From positions 3,917 to 67,916 of the forward strand of contig JAZNZF010000001.1 of the NCBI GenBank assembly GCA_045594795.1: 64,000 nucleotides of DNA, read 5' to 3'. The notes beneath the pieces are model-generated. The model was not told where the DNA came from and did not search any database. It saw only the letters and a program-made list of their open reading frames with translations. The translations under genes were made by a program, and so were the position numbers. Of the stretch, positions 29,333 to 39,306 are shown piece by piece. This stretch comes from Acutalibacteraceae bacterium. Its GTDB lineage: Bacteria; Bacillota; Clostridia; Oscillospirales; Acutalibacteraceae. Each line of letters starts with the position of its first letter. Position 1 is the first letter of the stretch.

Positions 29333-29752
29333 TTAGTTTTCCTCTCTGATTTTAATCTCTACTTTATTACGGCTTAAAAGCCCTGAATTTACATCTATAG
29401 AATACACAAGGCTTATACTACCACCGCTACTATTTAGGTTATTTTCAACCTTATTACCATAAATCCCAATAACAACATTGCCGTATTGGGTGTAATATTG
29501 GCATTGGTGGCGTTTGCCCTCTTCTATAATGAGTGACCCAAAATCACCATTGTTACGCAAAATTTCAACTACACCGTTTTTTACAGATAGTTTAGTTTTT
29601 ACGTTATCTACACCTAAAGCAACACTCTCGTCATAAAGCACCTCAACCTTTTCGTCACAATAGTTATAGGTGCCACAGGATACAAACTCGGTAGAATCAC
29701 TTTGGCCTTCTATTTCCTGAGTGCTTTTAATATTAAGCACTATATTTTTCAT
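29333..29752 (-). CDS. DUF1934 (YwiB-like) beta-barrel protein
   Basis: 139 aa. Sequence pattern and position immediately upstream of argS match Firmicutes ywiB. Confidence 0.7.
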   Translation of the reverse strand: MKNIVLNIKSTQEIEGQSDSTEFVSCGTYNYCDEKVEVLYDESVALGVDNVKTKLSVKNGVVEILRNNGDFGSLIIEEGKRHQCQYYTQYGNVVIGIYGNKVENNLNSSGGSISLVYSIDVNSGLLSRNKVEIKIREEN

Positions 29753-30579
29753 TAAAATAACTCCTTAATATTATCAATATCTACGCGTTCTACATTGCCA
29801 ACAATGTTGTTCCCCATAAGTATTGATGCGGTTTTTGAAAAATCCTCTGTTCTGTCACTAACATAATATTTATATACGCCCTTAGTATTAGAACCGTTTA
29901 ACATATTATTTTCGGTTATATATTTTAATACAGCTTTTGCTGTATATTCGCCAATATTAACAAGGGTAACGTCATTTCCCATAATATCTCGAATTATATC
30001 GGTAATAACCGGATAGTGTGTGCAACCCATTATAAGCACGTCAACGCCCTCGTCTTTTAATGGTTGTAAATATCTGCGCGCTGTTTCAACAGTAACAGCA
30101 TCGTCATTTTTTATCCAACCAGCTTCAACAAGAGGTACAAAAAGTGGACAATCATTTTGAAAAATCTGTGCTTCGGGCATTAGCTCTAAAATTTTTGTTT
30201 TATAGGAATTACTTGCAACGGTAGCAGTAGTGCCAATAACACCAATTATTTTGTTTTTAGTGGCTTCTACTGCTCTAAATGCTGCGTGAGAAACAACCTC
30301 AATAAAAGGAACTGGCAGCATTTTACCTGTATCAGATGCAACCGAGCTAACCGTGCCACATGCAGCAACAATAAGCTTTACATCTTTTGATAGTAAAAAG
30401 CTTTCGTCCTGTTTTGCATACTTTACAATAGTTTCGCGACTGCGAGTGCCGTAAGGAACCCTACCCGTGTCGCCAAAATAAACAATGTTTTCATTAGGCA
30501 TTAGCTTAATAATTTCGCGGGCAACAGTTAATCCGCCCAAGCCTGAATCGAAAACGCCAATAGCTCTATTGTCAGACAC
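29752..30579 (-). CDS. murI: Glutamate racemase
   Basis: VFDSGLGGLTV, VAACGT and GCTHYP catalytic blocks. Confidence 0.9.
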   Translation of the reverse strand: MSDNRAIGVFDSGLGGLTVAREIIKLMPNENIVYFGDTGRVPYGTRSRETIVKYAKQDESFLLSKDVKLIVAACGTVSSVASDTGKMLPVPFIEVVSHAAFRAVEATKNKIIGVIGTTATVASNSYKTKILELMPEAQIFQNDCPLFVPLVEAGWIKNDDAVTVETARRYLQPLKDEGVDVLIMGCTHYPVITDIIRDIMGNDVTLVNIGEYTAKAVLKYITENNMLNGSNTKGVYKYYVSDRTEDFSKTASILMGNNIVGNVERVDIDNIKELF

Positions 30580-30629
30580 GTGTATTCCCCCTTTTTTATA
30601 ACTTTAATATTTTATCATACTAAAAAGAA

Positions 30630-31517
30630 TTAATCAACCTTTTTTGTACCTAAAGAACCAACGATTATTGAAGCAACAATTAGTAACATACCGAGAATCA
30701 TAGATATTGTTAATTTTTCACTAAAAACAAATATACCAAACATCGATGCAACTATAGGTTCAACGGTAGAGATAATTGAAGCTAACGCAGGGTCAGTCTT
30801 CCCAAGGCCTTTTGTATAAAATATATACGGCAGTACACCGGTAATTAGACCGAACGATAAAAACATTATGACCAATAACAATATATTTGGTGAAGCTTTC
30901 TGAACACTTATATCCTCTAACAGCGAAAGTGGAACAACCGTAAAAGCCGAAAATAAAAACGTATAAAAAGTAACGGTTAGAGATTTGTAACCCTTTTGCA
31001 TTGCAACCTTGGCAAAAATGGTGTACAGCGAATAGCCAAAGCCCGAGCCTATGCCAAAAAGCAAACCGGTAAGTGTTAAACTATACCCACCACCAGTCAG
31101 TACTCCCGATACTAAAAAACATCCAAACACCACTAAAATTATAGCAATAATTTTAAATATAGTTAGTCTGATTTTGAAAATTAAAGCTGATATTATTGCC
31201 ACGAAAACAGGCGCGGTATAAAGCAGAACTGCGGCTATTGCAACACCATTTAGTCTAATAGATACAAAATAGCAGTATGTAAAAAAGCTTAAGCTTAAAA
31301 TACCTGTACCGACAAATACCCATATATCTTTAATCTTTATTTTAAACGCGTCTCTATTAACGATAAGCAACCATATACATAACAAGAAGACTGTTGATAC
31401 TACGCGCACAGCACCAAGCTGCAATGAGGATAATGGGAAGTAATTTAAAATTAGATTTGAAAAAGCCCCAGTTGTTCCCCATAGCGCCGCAGCTATTATA
31501 ATATATAAATAGTTCAA
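30630..31517 (-). CDS. EamA/DMT-family transporter
   Basis: 295 aa, about 10 TM helices in two EamA-like halves. Confidence 0.75.
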   Translation of the reverse strand: MNYLYIIIAAALWGTTGAFSNLILNYFPLSSLQLGAVRVVSTVFLLCIWLLIVNRDAFKIKIKDIWVFVGTGILSLSFFTYCYFVSIRLNGVAIAAVLLYTAPVFVAIISALIFKIRLTIFKIIAIILVVFGCFLVSGVLTGGGYSLTLTGLLFGIGSGFGYSLYTIFAKVAMQKGYKSLTVTFYTFLFSAFTVVPLSLLEDISVQKASPNILLLVIMFLSFGLITGVLPYIFYTKGLGKTDPALASIISTVEPIVASMFGIFVFSEKLTISMILGMLLIVASIIVGSLGTKKVD

Positions 31518-31520
31518 ATA

Positions 31521-32525
31521 TTAAACTCCTTTAAAAACAGCAGATAGAATGCCAATTATGGTGCCAATTCCATACGATAAATGCAACGCTAAGAACATAA
31601 ACGGCAACAATAAATATTCGAGAGCAAACCTTTTTGTAGAAACAATAGCCATAACACTTAGTGAAACATCGACAAACAAATATGCAATCGTCAAAAGCAA
31701 TATAGGGAACGGGCTAAAGGTTAGCGCAAATATTATAGAGAAAATTAATGCCAATACAAAACATAAAGGAACTAAGTGGAATAATGAAATACATTTAGGT
31801 TGAATAAATAATGTTTTGCCAATCCAATATCCGTTACCATATTTTTGCTTAATTGAGCCAATAATGGATGGCCTTGAAAACTGATACGAGCAAATGTATG
31901 GATTATAGCAAATTTTATATCCAGCTTCTCTTACTCTATAATGATAATCATTATCCTCGGTTCTGCCAAGATTTTCATTAAAGAACCCGACCTTTTTGAT
32001 AACCTCTTTTCTATAGCAACCGTGGAAAACTGTATCAACGTACTTTTTACCTTCGCTTTGATGGTACTTACCAAAGCTACCGCCAAACATTGAGTTGTCT
32101 GATAGATGCACTAATCGCTTTTCGGGTGTTTCGCTATCAATTATATTTGGTCGCATACCGCCACACACGAACTCGCCACTATCTAAGGTTGCAGCATTTT
32201 CGCTTAAGAAGTTTGTAGTAAGTCTTGCGTGAGCGTCAACCCTTATAAGCGCATCACCACTAAAGTTATTAATAGCTACGTTCCAACCGGCAGCTTGAAT
32301 TTTACCTTCGTTATCAATAACCTGTATGTTGTAATACTCGTCAGCGTGAGCTTCTTTAAAGCTATTAAAAATATCCTTAGTAGTATCGGTAGACATACTG
32401 TTAATAAGTAGCAGTTCGGTATGCTTTTTATCGTAGTCCTGTGCTAAAATTTCGTTTAGCAAGGTATTAATATAGTCATGCTCGTTATATGCTACAATAC
32501 CAACCGACAAAATTAAATTACTCAA
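31521..32525 (-). CDS. Family 2 glycosyltransferase with C-terminal membrane helices
   Basis: GT2 N-terminus (VGIVAYNE...), followed by hydrophobic C-terminal segments. Confidence 0.75.
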   Translation of the reverse strand: MSNLILSVGIVAYNEHDYINTLLNEILAQDYDKKHTELLLINSMSTDTTKDIFNSFKEAHADEYYNIQVIDNEGKIQAAGWNVAINNFSGDALIRVDAHARLTTNFLSENAATLDSGEFVCGGMRPNIIDSETPEKRLVHLSDNSMFGGSFGKYHQSEGKKYVDTVFHGCYRKEVIKKVGFFNENLGRTEDNDYHYRVREAGYKICYNPYICSYQFSRPSIIGSIKQKYGNGYWIGKTLFIQPKCISLFHLVPLCFVLALIFSIIFALTFSPFPILLLTIAYLFVDVSLSVMAIVSTKRFALEYLLLPFMFLALHLSYGIGTIIGILSAVFKGV

Positions 32526-32534
32526 AAATATCCC

Positions 32535-33011
32535 TCACTTTGTTATATCACAAAACTCTGCGCCTATTAGGTTTGCTAAATCGTTTGGCGATAAAAATAT
32601 TTGTGTACCTATTCTGCCACCGCTAATTATTATAGTATCAAAACATTTTGCAGTTTGGTCGATTACAGTTTTAAACTGTTTTTTCATACCAATAGGAGTA
32701 CATCCGCCGCGAATGTATCCCGTTACCGAGTTTATATCCTTTACGGGAATTAATTCAACAGATTTTTCGTTTACCGATTTAGCCGCTTTTTTCATATCAA
32801 GCTCTTGTGCAATTGGTACGCAAAACACAAAATAGTCGTTACTTTTACCCTTGGCAACTAATGTTTTATATGAGCTTTCATACGGTTGGGATAACATATC
32901 TGCAATTTTTACAGCATCAATAAACTCATCACACTGATAAGTATTTAGCTCATATTTGATTTTTGCCTTATCTAATATGCGAATGGCATTTGTTTTAAGC
33001 TCTTTACCCAT
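32535..33011 (-). CDS. ybaK: Cys-tRNA(Pro)/Cys-tRNA(Cys) deacylase (YbaK family)
   Basis: About 158 aa, KTNAIRILDKAKIKYE N-terminus and a GGCTPIG block. ATG at 33011 preferred; the ORF-track GTG is at 33020. Confidence 0.8.
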   Translation of the reverse strand: MGKELKTNAIRILDKAKIKYELNTYQCDEFIDAVKIADMLSQPYESSYKTLVAKGKSNDYFVFCVPIAQELDMKKAAKSVNEKSVELIPVKDINSVTGYIRGGCTPIGMKKQFKTVIDQTAKCFDTIIISGGRIGTQIFLSPNDLANLIGAEFCDITK

Positions 33012-33020
33012 AAATAGCAC

Positions 33021-35366
33021 CTATATCTTTTTTAATCGAGCAAACGTTGCCATAAGCTTTTTAGTACCAACACTCTCAAAAACAATTTCAAGTAAAACGT
33101 CGTTACCCATTTGTGTTGCCTTAACAATTTTACCATCACCGAAGGTAGCGTGGTTTACTGAATCACCAACTGCAAAATCAAATTTAACATTAATACTTAC
33201 AGGCTTAGAATTAAATTGCGGTCTGTTAATTTTTGGTTTATTGTAAGCGTTAGAACTATATGTAAACCTTTCGGTAGCAGGAATTACGGTTGAGCTTATT
33301 TCGCATAAAAACTTAGGAATTTCTTCCACGAAGCGCGAGGGTTTATTATAGCTTGTCTGTCCGTAAAGCATTCTGTGAAAGGTATTAGAAATATGCAATT
33401 TTCGTTTAGCGCGAGTAATTCCAACGTAAGCAATACGTCTTTCTTCCTCCATTTCCTCAGCACCCTCAAGAATTGATTGGTTGCCGGGGAAAATGCCTTC
33501 TTCCATACCAACTAAAAACACAGTATCAAACTCTAAGCCTTTAGCGGAATGTAAAGTCATAAGTATTGCAGCATCTGTACCCTCATCGTAGCTATCAAGG
33601 TCACTGATTAGTGAAACTTCCTCTAAAAAGCCCGAAAGCGTCGGGTTCTCGTTCTCCTCACTATACTGAACAAGTGAGGTAGAAAGTTCCTTTACGTTCT
33701 CTTTTCTGTCACGTTCCTCATCAGGCAAGGTGTCAAGATACATTCCGTAACCTGTTTTTTCAAGGGTTGTTTCAAGTAGTTCGTGTAACGGCAAAACTTC
33801 AGCATCAGACTGTAGCTCTCGAATAACCGCACCGAATTCGCGCAAACGCGTAACTGCACGCGAAAGTATCGGATAGTTTTCTGCATTCTCAAACACCTCA
33901 AAAAGCGAAAGTCCCAAACCATCAGCAATTTGTTGAGCGTTAGCAACAGTTGTATCACCAATGCCACGCTTTGGCTCGTTAATTATACGGCGCAAACGGA
34001 CATTGTCGGCCGTGTTATTGATAACATTAAAATAAGCAATAATGTCCTTGATTTCTTTACGGTCGTAGAACCTTAAACCGCCAACAATTTTATATGGAAT
34101 ACCAGAACGAGCAAGTGCGTTTTCAATAGCATTAGATTGTGCATTCATTCTGTAAAGCACGGCGCAATCACTAAACTTACCGCCATTCCTTACGTGTTCT
34201 AAAACCTTATCGGCAACGTAGCGTGCCTCGTCACTTTCGTTTTCGGTGGTGGTATACGAAAGCTTTTCACCGCTCCCGTTTGAAGTCCAAAGACTTTTGC
34301 CTGTTCTGCCAATGTTATTGTGAATAACCGCATTTGCGGCATCTAATATATTTTGTGTAGAACGATAATTCTGCTCAAGCCTAATAACCTTTGCATCGGG
34401 ATATTGCTTTTCAAAGCTTAAAATATTTTCGATAGTAGCTCCGCGAAAACGATATATACTTTGGTCGTCATCACCAACTACGCAAATATTCCTATGCTTT
34501 TCTGCAAGTAATTTAACAAGTACGTATTGTGCGTGGTTTGTGTCTTGATACTCGTCGACAAGTATATGTTTAATTCTATTTTGATATATTTCAAGCACTT
34601 CGGAATTCTCTTGAAACAATCTTACTGTATTTACAATTAAATCGTCAAAGTCCATAGCGTTAGAGCTAAGTAATGCCTTTTGATACGCATTATATGCCTT
34701 AGCAATTAGCTTTAGTCTAACATCAATTCCTGCGTCTTTTTCATATTCACTTGGAGTTATAAGCTTGTCCTTAGCACGACTAATCTCGTTAAGTATAGTT
34801 TTGGGATGAATCTGCTTATCGTTTATGCCGATATTTTTGCAAATTTCTTTCATAACTCTGCGTTGGTCGTCGGTATCGTAAATTGTATAGTGACTGTCGT
34901 ATCCTAAAAGCTCGCCATGGCGTCTTAGTATTTTTGAGCAAATCGAATGAAAAGTACCTGCTTTAACGTACCCCGCATCATCGCCCAACATTTTTTCAAT
35001 TCTTTCTTTAAGCTCGCCTGCGGCTTTATTTGTAAAGGTAATTGCAAGAATTTCCCACGGCTTTACTGCGTTATGTGAAAATAAATCTTTAGAGAAATTA
35101 CCGCACTTTATCATATTCTCTGCTTCGGCAATTACATCATCACTTAATTGTGGCACCCATTCGGTAGTATAAGCGTCGCCATACTTTACAAGGTTTGAAA
35201 TTCTATTTACAAGCACGGTTGTTTTACCACTACCTGCACCCGCCAAAATTAAAACAGGACCATTAGTAGCAGTAACAGCCGAAAGTTGCATATCATTCAA
35301 ATTACTAAAATCACGCTCTATTATCTTTTTTCGTATATCTATAAATTTACCTACTTGCTCGGTCAT
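33021..35366 (-). CDS. pcrA: ATP-dependent DNA helicase PcrA/UvrD
   Basis: AGAGSGKTT, VDEYQDTNHAQY and UvrD-C motifs. ATG at 35366 follows AGGGG; the ORF-track TTG is at 35384. Confidence 0.9.
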   Translation of the reverse strand: MTEQVGKFIDIRKKIIERDFSNLNDMQLSAVTATNGPVLILAGAGSGKTTVLVNRISNLVKYGDAYTTEWVPQLSDDVIAEAENMIKCGNFSKDLFSHNAVKPWEILAITFTNKAAGELKERIEKMLGDDAGYVKAGTFHSICSKILRRHGELLGYDSHYTIYDTDDQRRVMKEICKNIGINDKQIHPKTILNEISRAKDKLITPSEYEKDAGIDVRLKLIAKAYNAYQKALLSSNAMDFDDLIVNTVRLFQENSEVLEIYQNRIKHILVDEYQDTNHAQYVLVKLLAEKHRNICVVGDDDQSIYRFRGATIENILSFEKQYPDAKVIRLEQNYRSTQNILDAANAVIHNNIGRTGKSLWTSNGSGEKLSYTTTENESDEARYVADKVLEHVRNGGKFSDCAVLYRMNAQSNAIENALARSGIPYKIVGGLRFYDRKEIKDIIAYFNVINNTADNVRLRRIINEPKRGIGDTTVANAQQIADGLGLSLFEVFENAENYPILSRAVTRLREFGAVIRELQSDAEVLPLHELLETTLEKTGYGMYLDTLPDEERDRKENVKELSTSLVQYSEENENPTLSGFLEEVSLISDLDSYDEGTDAAILMTLHSAKGLEFDTVFLVGMEEGIFPGNQSILEGAEEMEEERRIAYVGITRAKRKLHISNTFHRMLYGQTSYNKPSRFVEEIPKFLCEISSTVIPATERFTYSSNAYNKPKINRPQFNSKPVSINVKFDFAVGDSVNHATFGDGKIVKATQMGNDVLLEIVFESVGTKKLMATFARLKKI

Positions 35367-35460
35367 TACTTTGCCCCTTAACAATATTATAATGCAATTA
35401 TATTTTACTACAAAAAATCTGTAAGTTCAATTAAAATTTATACTTTAAATAAATATATAA

Positions 35461-35487
35461 GCGTAGAGATTAAATAATCATCTACGC
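35461..35487 (-). terminator. Possible terminator after spoVM
   Basis: Stem GCGTAGA/TCTACGC with a 13-nt loop, followed on the minus strand by TTATATATTTATTT. Confidence 0.35.
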
Positions 35488-35508
35488 TTTAATTAATATA
35501 CTATGTAA

Positions 35509-35595
35509 TTATTCGCCTTGCTCTTTTTTTATACCAAAAAACATTCTTAAAATACCCCTTAAGGCTTTAGGACTTTTAACAACAACTATTCTCAT
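35509..35595 (-). CDS. spoVM: Stage V sporulation protein M (28 aa)
   Basis: Not in the ORF track. Translates as MRIVVVKSPKALRGILRMFFGIKKEQGE, which aligns with B. subtilis SpoVM MKFYTIKLPKFLGGIVRAMLGSFRKD (K7, P9, K10, L12, G14, I15, R17, G21). GGGGGT RBS. Sits next to thiN, as in B. subtilis. Confidence 0.75.
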   Translation of the reverse strand: MRIVVVKSPKALRGILRMFFGIKKEQGE

Positions 35596-35608
35596 AAAAA
35601 TACCCCCA

Positions 35609-35755
35609 TTAACATTTTGGTATTGACATACCTAAGACAACAACGCAAAGAGCTAATAATATTATCAGAACTTTTGTAGGGCAATAGAAGGCTATTAATG
35701 TACCCATGCCTATAGCGGCAATATATTTTAAATTACTGCACCTTCGACTAAACAT
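35609..35755 (-). CDS. Hypothetical 48-aa two-helix membrane peptide
   Basis: Not in the ORF track. Translates as MFSRRCSNLKYIAAIGMGTLIAFYCPTKVLIILLALCVVVLGMSIPKC. AGGGGG RBS 7 nt before the ATG. Its stop lies 13 nt upstream of the spoVM ATG. Confidence 0.45.
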   Translation of the reverse strand: MFSRRCSNLKYIAAIGMGTLIAFYCPTKVLIILLALCVVVLGMSIPKC

Positions 35756-35817
35756 ATTACAACCCCCTGCGAAATATCTCTAAGACATATTACGCAGAGG
35801 GTCGCATTTTTGTTACA

Positions 35818-36453
35818 CTAATCTTGCAATACAACTAACACTTTTCCTTGTTTTAAGGAAATTTCACCAACAGCATCAATGATTTTATTGCTAACACCTA
35901 ATTGGGAACAACTTTTTAGTGTAGCGTTATTTAAAGGATAATCAAAACCTTTAAGGGTTAATCCTATAGCATCTTCACCCAGAGCAAAAATCGATGCGTA
36001 CCCGTTGTTTTTAGGAATAGCACAGCTATTGCTTACTATAAAAACTGTACTGTTTTCTGTAACGAGTTTAGGGTATAGGTTATGTTTAGAAATTTCTAAA
36101 AGCGCAAATATCGCACCAAGTGAATGGTCTATTCTACCGCCCCACGCGCCAAAAACTGTTACGTTTTCATATTGTTGTTCCTTGCAATATTCCAAGCAAA
36201 GCATAAAATCGGTTTTATCCTTGCGCGAAGGAAAGGTCAAACATTTAATATCGTGCGGTATTTGGAAACTAACAGAGTCAAAATCTCCAACAATTAGTTG
36301 TGGTGTTATCCCGCATTTTACACATTTATCGTAGCCACTATCGGCAGCAATAATAAGATTATAGCAGCCGAGCTGATGCTTTAACCACTCTATATTATTA
36401 ATTTCACCACCGCAAACGATAGCTACGGTTTGCTTGTTTTTTGAACATTCCAT
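35818..36453 (-). CDS. thiN: Thiamine diphosphokinase
   Basis: 211 aa with ADSG and GDFDS blocks. Position downstream of rsgA matches the ylo cluster. Confidence 0.8.
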   Translation of the reverse strand: MECSKNKQTVAIVCGGEINNIEWLKHQLGCYNLIIAADSGYDKCVKCGITPQLIVGDFDSVSFQIPHDIKCLTFPSRKDKTDFMLCLEYCKEQQYENVTVFGAWGGRIDHSLGAIFALLEISKHNLYPKLVTENSTVFIVSNSCAIPKNNGYASIFALGEDAIGLTLKGFDYPLNNATLKSCSQLGVSNKIIDAVGEISLKQGKVLVVLQD

Positions 36454-37319
36454 GGTTTTAAATCCTTAACCTCATTATAAAAAGCAACATAGCTTTGATA
36501 ACGACTATGATGAATTTCGCCGTTTTGTACAGCAGATTTCACCGCGCAGTCACGTTCTCCAATATGCGAGCAAGAGGGATAGCGACATTCGGGCTCGAAC
36601 TTTGCAAACTCTAAGAAGCAAGATGAAATCTCATCTTTAAAAACAGTTTCATATTTTTGAATATCAAGAGAGGAAAATCCAGGAGTATCGGCAATGTAGC
36701 AACCATTATCGATTTTATAAAGTTCTACCATTCTTGTGGTATGTCTGCCTCTGCCGAGTTTTTCACTAACCTCTCCGGTTTCTAAAGAAAGATTATCAAA
36801 TAGTGCGTTAAGTATGCTTGATTTACCAACGCCTGAGTTACCAGTTAATACAGAGATTCCTTTTTGGCAGATGTATTCTCTTAAAATATTAAGTGTTTCA
36901 GGCTGTTTTGCAGATACAACATAGGTTTTAATGCCAGCCATATTGTATATTCTTTCCCATTCGTCAAAGCAACCAAGGTCGCTTTTATTAAACACAACTA
37001 TTGGCTCTATTCCTTTATTTACTGCAATTGCAACAATTCTATCTATAAGCACAGAATTAGGCGCAGGGGTATTGTGGGATGATACTATAAATAGTCTATC
37101 TACGTTGGCAACAGGAGGTCTTATAAGAGAATTACGTCTTTCGTAGATTCTCTCTAAAACACCTTTGCCGTTTTGTAAAAGACTTATTTCAACCTCATCA
37201 CCTGAAAGTATTCCTTTGCCGCCTAATCTTAGGCTTCCGCGTGGCTTACACTCATACACCTTACCCTCGGCCTCTACATAGCAAAATCCCGAAAGTACTT
37301 TTAGTAAAACGCCTCTCAT
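36423..37319 (-). CDS. rsgA: Ribosome small-subunit-dependent GTPase A
   Basis: Circularly permuted GTPase with GNSGVGKSS and a C-terminal zinc cluster CRYPSCSH...C. Confidence 0.9.
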   Translation of the reverse strand: MRGVLLKVLSGFCYVEAEGKVYECKPRGSLRLGGKGILSGDEVEISLLQNGKGVLERIYERRNSLIRPPVANVDRLFIVSSHNTPAPNSVLIDRIVAIAVNKGIEPIVVFNKSDLGCFDEWERIYNMAGIKTYVVSAKQPETLNILREYICQKGISVLTGNSGVGKSSILNALFDNLSLETGEVSEKLGRGRHTTRMVELYKIDNGCYIADTPGFSSLDIQKYETVFKDEISSCFLEFAKFEPECRYPSCSHIGERDCAVKSAVQNGEIHHSRYQSYVAFYNEVKDLKPWNVQKTSKP

Positions 37320-37321
37320 AT

Positions 37322-39274
37322 TTAGCTATCCTTTGGGTAATCGTTATATTCTTTTGTTATTTCATAAGTGCCCTTTTTAAAATCAATTTTGATTTTAAGG
37401 TAGTTATATTCATTACGCTCAGACTTGTCTAACAGTTTAATTTTTACAGTATCACTGTCTTCGGTAGAATCTACATTAAAAATGTAATTTCTATCCTGTG
37501 AAAATGTTAAAGCTGAAGATTTAATTTTGGTACCGGATTCTAACTCTGCTACTACATAACCCGTATCAAAAGCACAATCGTATGGCAAGTCAACAACAAT
37601 ATCCATACTGTTAGAAACAGCGGTATTGCCTGCACTAATAACAAAGTTAATAGCAGTGCCTCTTTCTACTTGTGTATCACCGCTAATGCTCTGAGAAATA
37701 ACAAAGCCTTTTGGCTGAGTGCTCTCACCCTCTGTTACCTTGCCAACCTCTAATTTTTCATTTTCAATCATTTTACGGGCAGATTCTTCATCAAAACCAA
37801 TTATATCAGGAACGGTTGAGTAGAAAATCTCTCTGCCTTTACTAATATAAAGTGTAATTGTCTCGTCAGCTGAAACAAGTGACGTGCTAAGTGGGGCGGT
37901 TTTAACAACCTTGCCCTCGTTTACAACATCATCATAAATCTGTTCGATAACAATATCAGTAAAACCTGCGTTTTTTAAACGCTGTCTTGCTAAAGATTCG
38001 GTGTCGTTAGAAACATCGGGCACTTCGATAAGCTCAGCAGATTGGGCAATAGTAAGTTTAATGGTGTTCTTCTTCTTAATTTCGGTACCAGGGTCGGGGC
38101 TCTGGCGGATTATTTCACCAACCTCATAATCACTTGTTTCTTCATAAATTGTTTCAAAAGTATAATCATCTGTATTATATTTCTGCTTAAGCTCTTCAAC
38201 CGTTAATCCAACAAAATCAGGGCATTTGGTAGCAACGGTGGTAGTGTTAATTTTAGAGAATAAATCAATTCCGAGCCACACTAAAACAAGAATAGCAATA
38301 CCAACCACAATACCAGTAACAATGGGCACCCAGGAGGTAGATTTAGTTTCTACCTTTTTTTCATTTTCTTCTTCATCTTGTAGGTCGGTCGAAACAAATT
38401 TCGTAGGTGCATTATCAACAAAATATGAATGCTTAAACGTAGCAGACGGGTCTCTGCGGAAGGATTCTAAATCGCAAAGCATCTCTGCTGCGGTTTGGTA
38501 TCTACGCAATATCTCTTTTTGCATTGCATTCATAGTTATTTGAGAAAGTCCAAGCGGTATTGTTGGGTCTATTTCTCTTAAGGGTTTTGCCTCGTTTTGA
38601 AGCTGCATCATTGCAACAATAACAGCACTGTCAGCTTGGAAAGGCAATTTACCAGAAAGCATTTCGTACATCATAACGCCAACCGAATATATATCTGCCT
38701 TTTCATCTGTAATCTCGCCACGAGCTTGTTCGGGGCTTATATAATGAACCGAGCCGATAGCTTTATCTGTCATGGTTTTGTGTTCACTGCGGGCAAACCT
38801 TGCTATGCCAAAATCGGTAACCTTAATGCTAGCATCGTTCATAAGCATAATATTTTGGGGCTTAACATCTCTGTGGATTATGCCTTTATCATGAGCGTGC
38901 TGAAGCGCCCTTAATATTTGCATAACAATATTAACAGTTTCTTTCCACTCTAAATGGCCGTGACTTTCAATATATTGCTTAAGTGTAATACCTTCTATAT
39001 ATTCCATAACAATATACTGAATAAGGTCGCCAAAACTAACATCATAAACCTTTACAATGTTTGGATGAGAGAGAACCGCAATAGCCTTTGATTCGTTTTT
39101 AAATCTACGAACAAAATCCTCGTTAGAAACGAATTCTTGTTTTAATATTTTAATAGCAACAATTCGAGCTTCAATAGTATCATAAGCTTTATAAACAACA
39201 GCCATACCACCTACGCCGATTATCTCACGAATTTCGTATCTGCCATCTAATCTTTTACCAATATATCTATCCAT
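37322..39274 (-). CDS. prkC: Ser/Thr protein kinase with extracellular PASTA repeats
   Basis: Hanks kinase motifs HRDVKPQN and DFGIA, one TM helix, and repeated PASTA-like units in the C-terminal half. Confidence 0.9.
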   Translation of the reverse strand: MDRYIGKRLDGRYEIREIIGVGGMAVVYKAYDTIEARIVAIKILKQEFVSNEDFVRRFKNESKAIAVLSHPNIVKVYDVSFGDLIQYIVMEYIEGITLKQYIESHGHLEWKETVNIVMQILRALQHAHDKGIIHRDVKPQNIMLMNDASIKVTDFGIARFARSEHKTMTDKAIGSVHYISPEQARGEITDEKADIYSVGVMMYEMLSGKLPFQADSAVIVAMMQLQNEAKPLREIDPTIPLGLSQITMNAMQKEILRRYQTAAEMLCDLESFRRDPSATFKHSYFVDNAPTKFVSTDLQDEEENEKKVETKSTSWVPIVTGIVVGIAILVLVWLGIDLFSKINTTTVATKCPDFVGLTVEELKQKYNTDDYTFETIYEETSDYEVGEIIRQSPDPGTEIKKKNTIKLTIAQSAELIEVPDVSNDTESLARQRLKNAGFTDIVIEQIYDDVVNEGKVVKTAPLSTSLVSADETITLYISKGREIFYSTVPDIIGFDEESARKMIENEKLEVGKVTEGESTQPKGFVISQSISGDTQVERGTAINFVISAGNTAVSNSMDIVVDLPYDCAFDTGYVVAELESGTKIKSSALTFSQDRNYIFNVDSTEDSDTVKIKLLDKSERNEYNYLKIKIDFKKGTYEITKEYNDYPKDS

Positions 39275-39306
39275 AGTAACCTTCCAATCTTAAAAACAGC
39301 TGCCCG

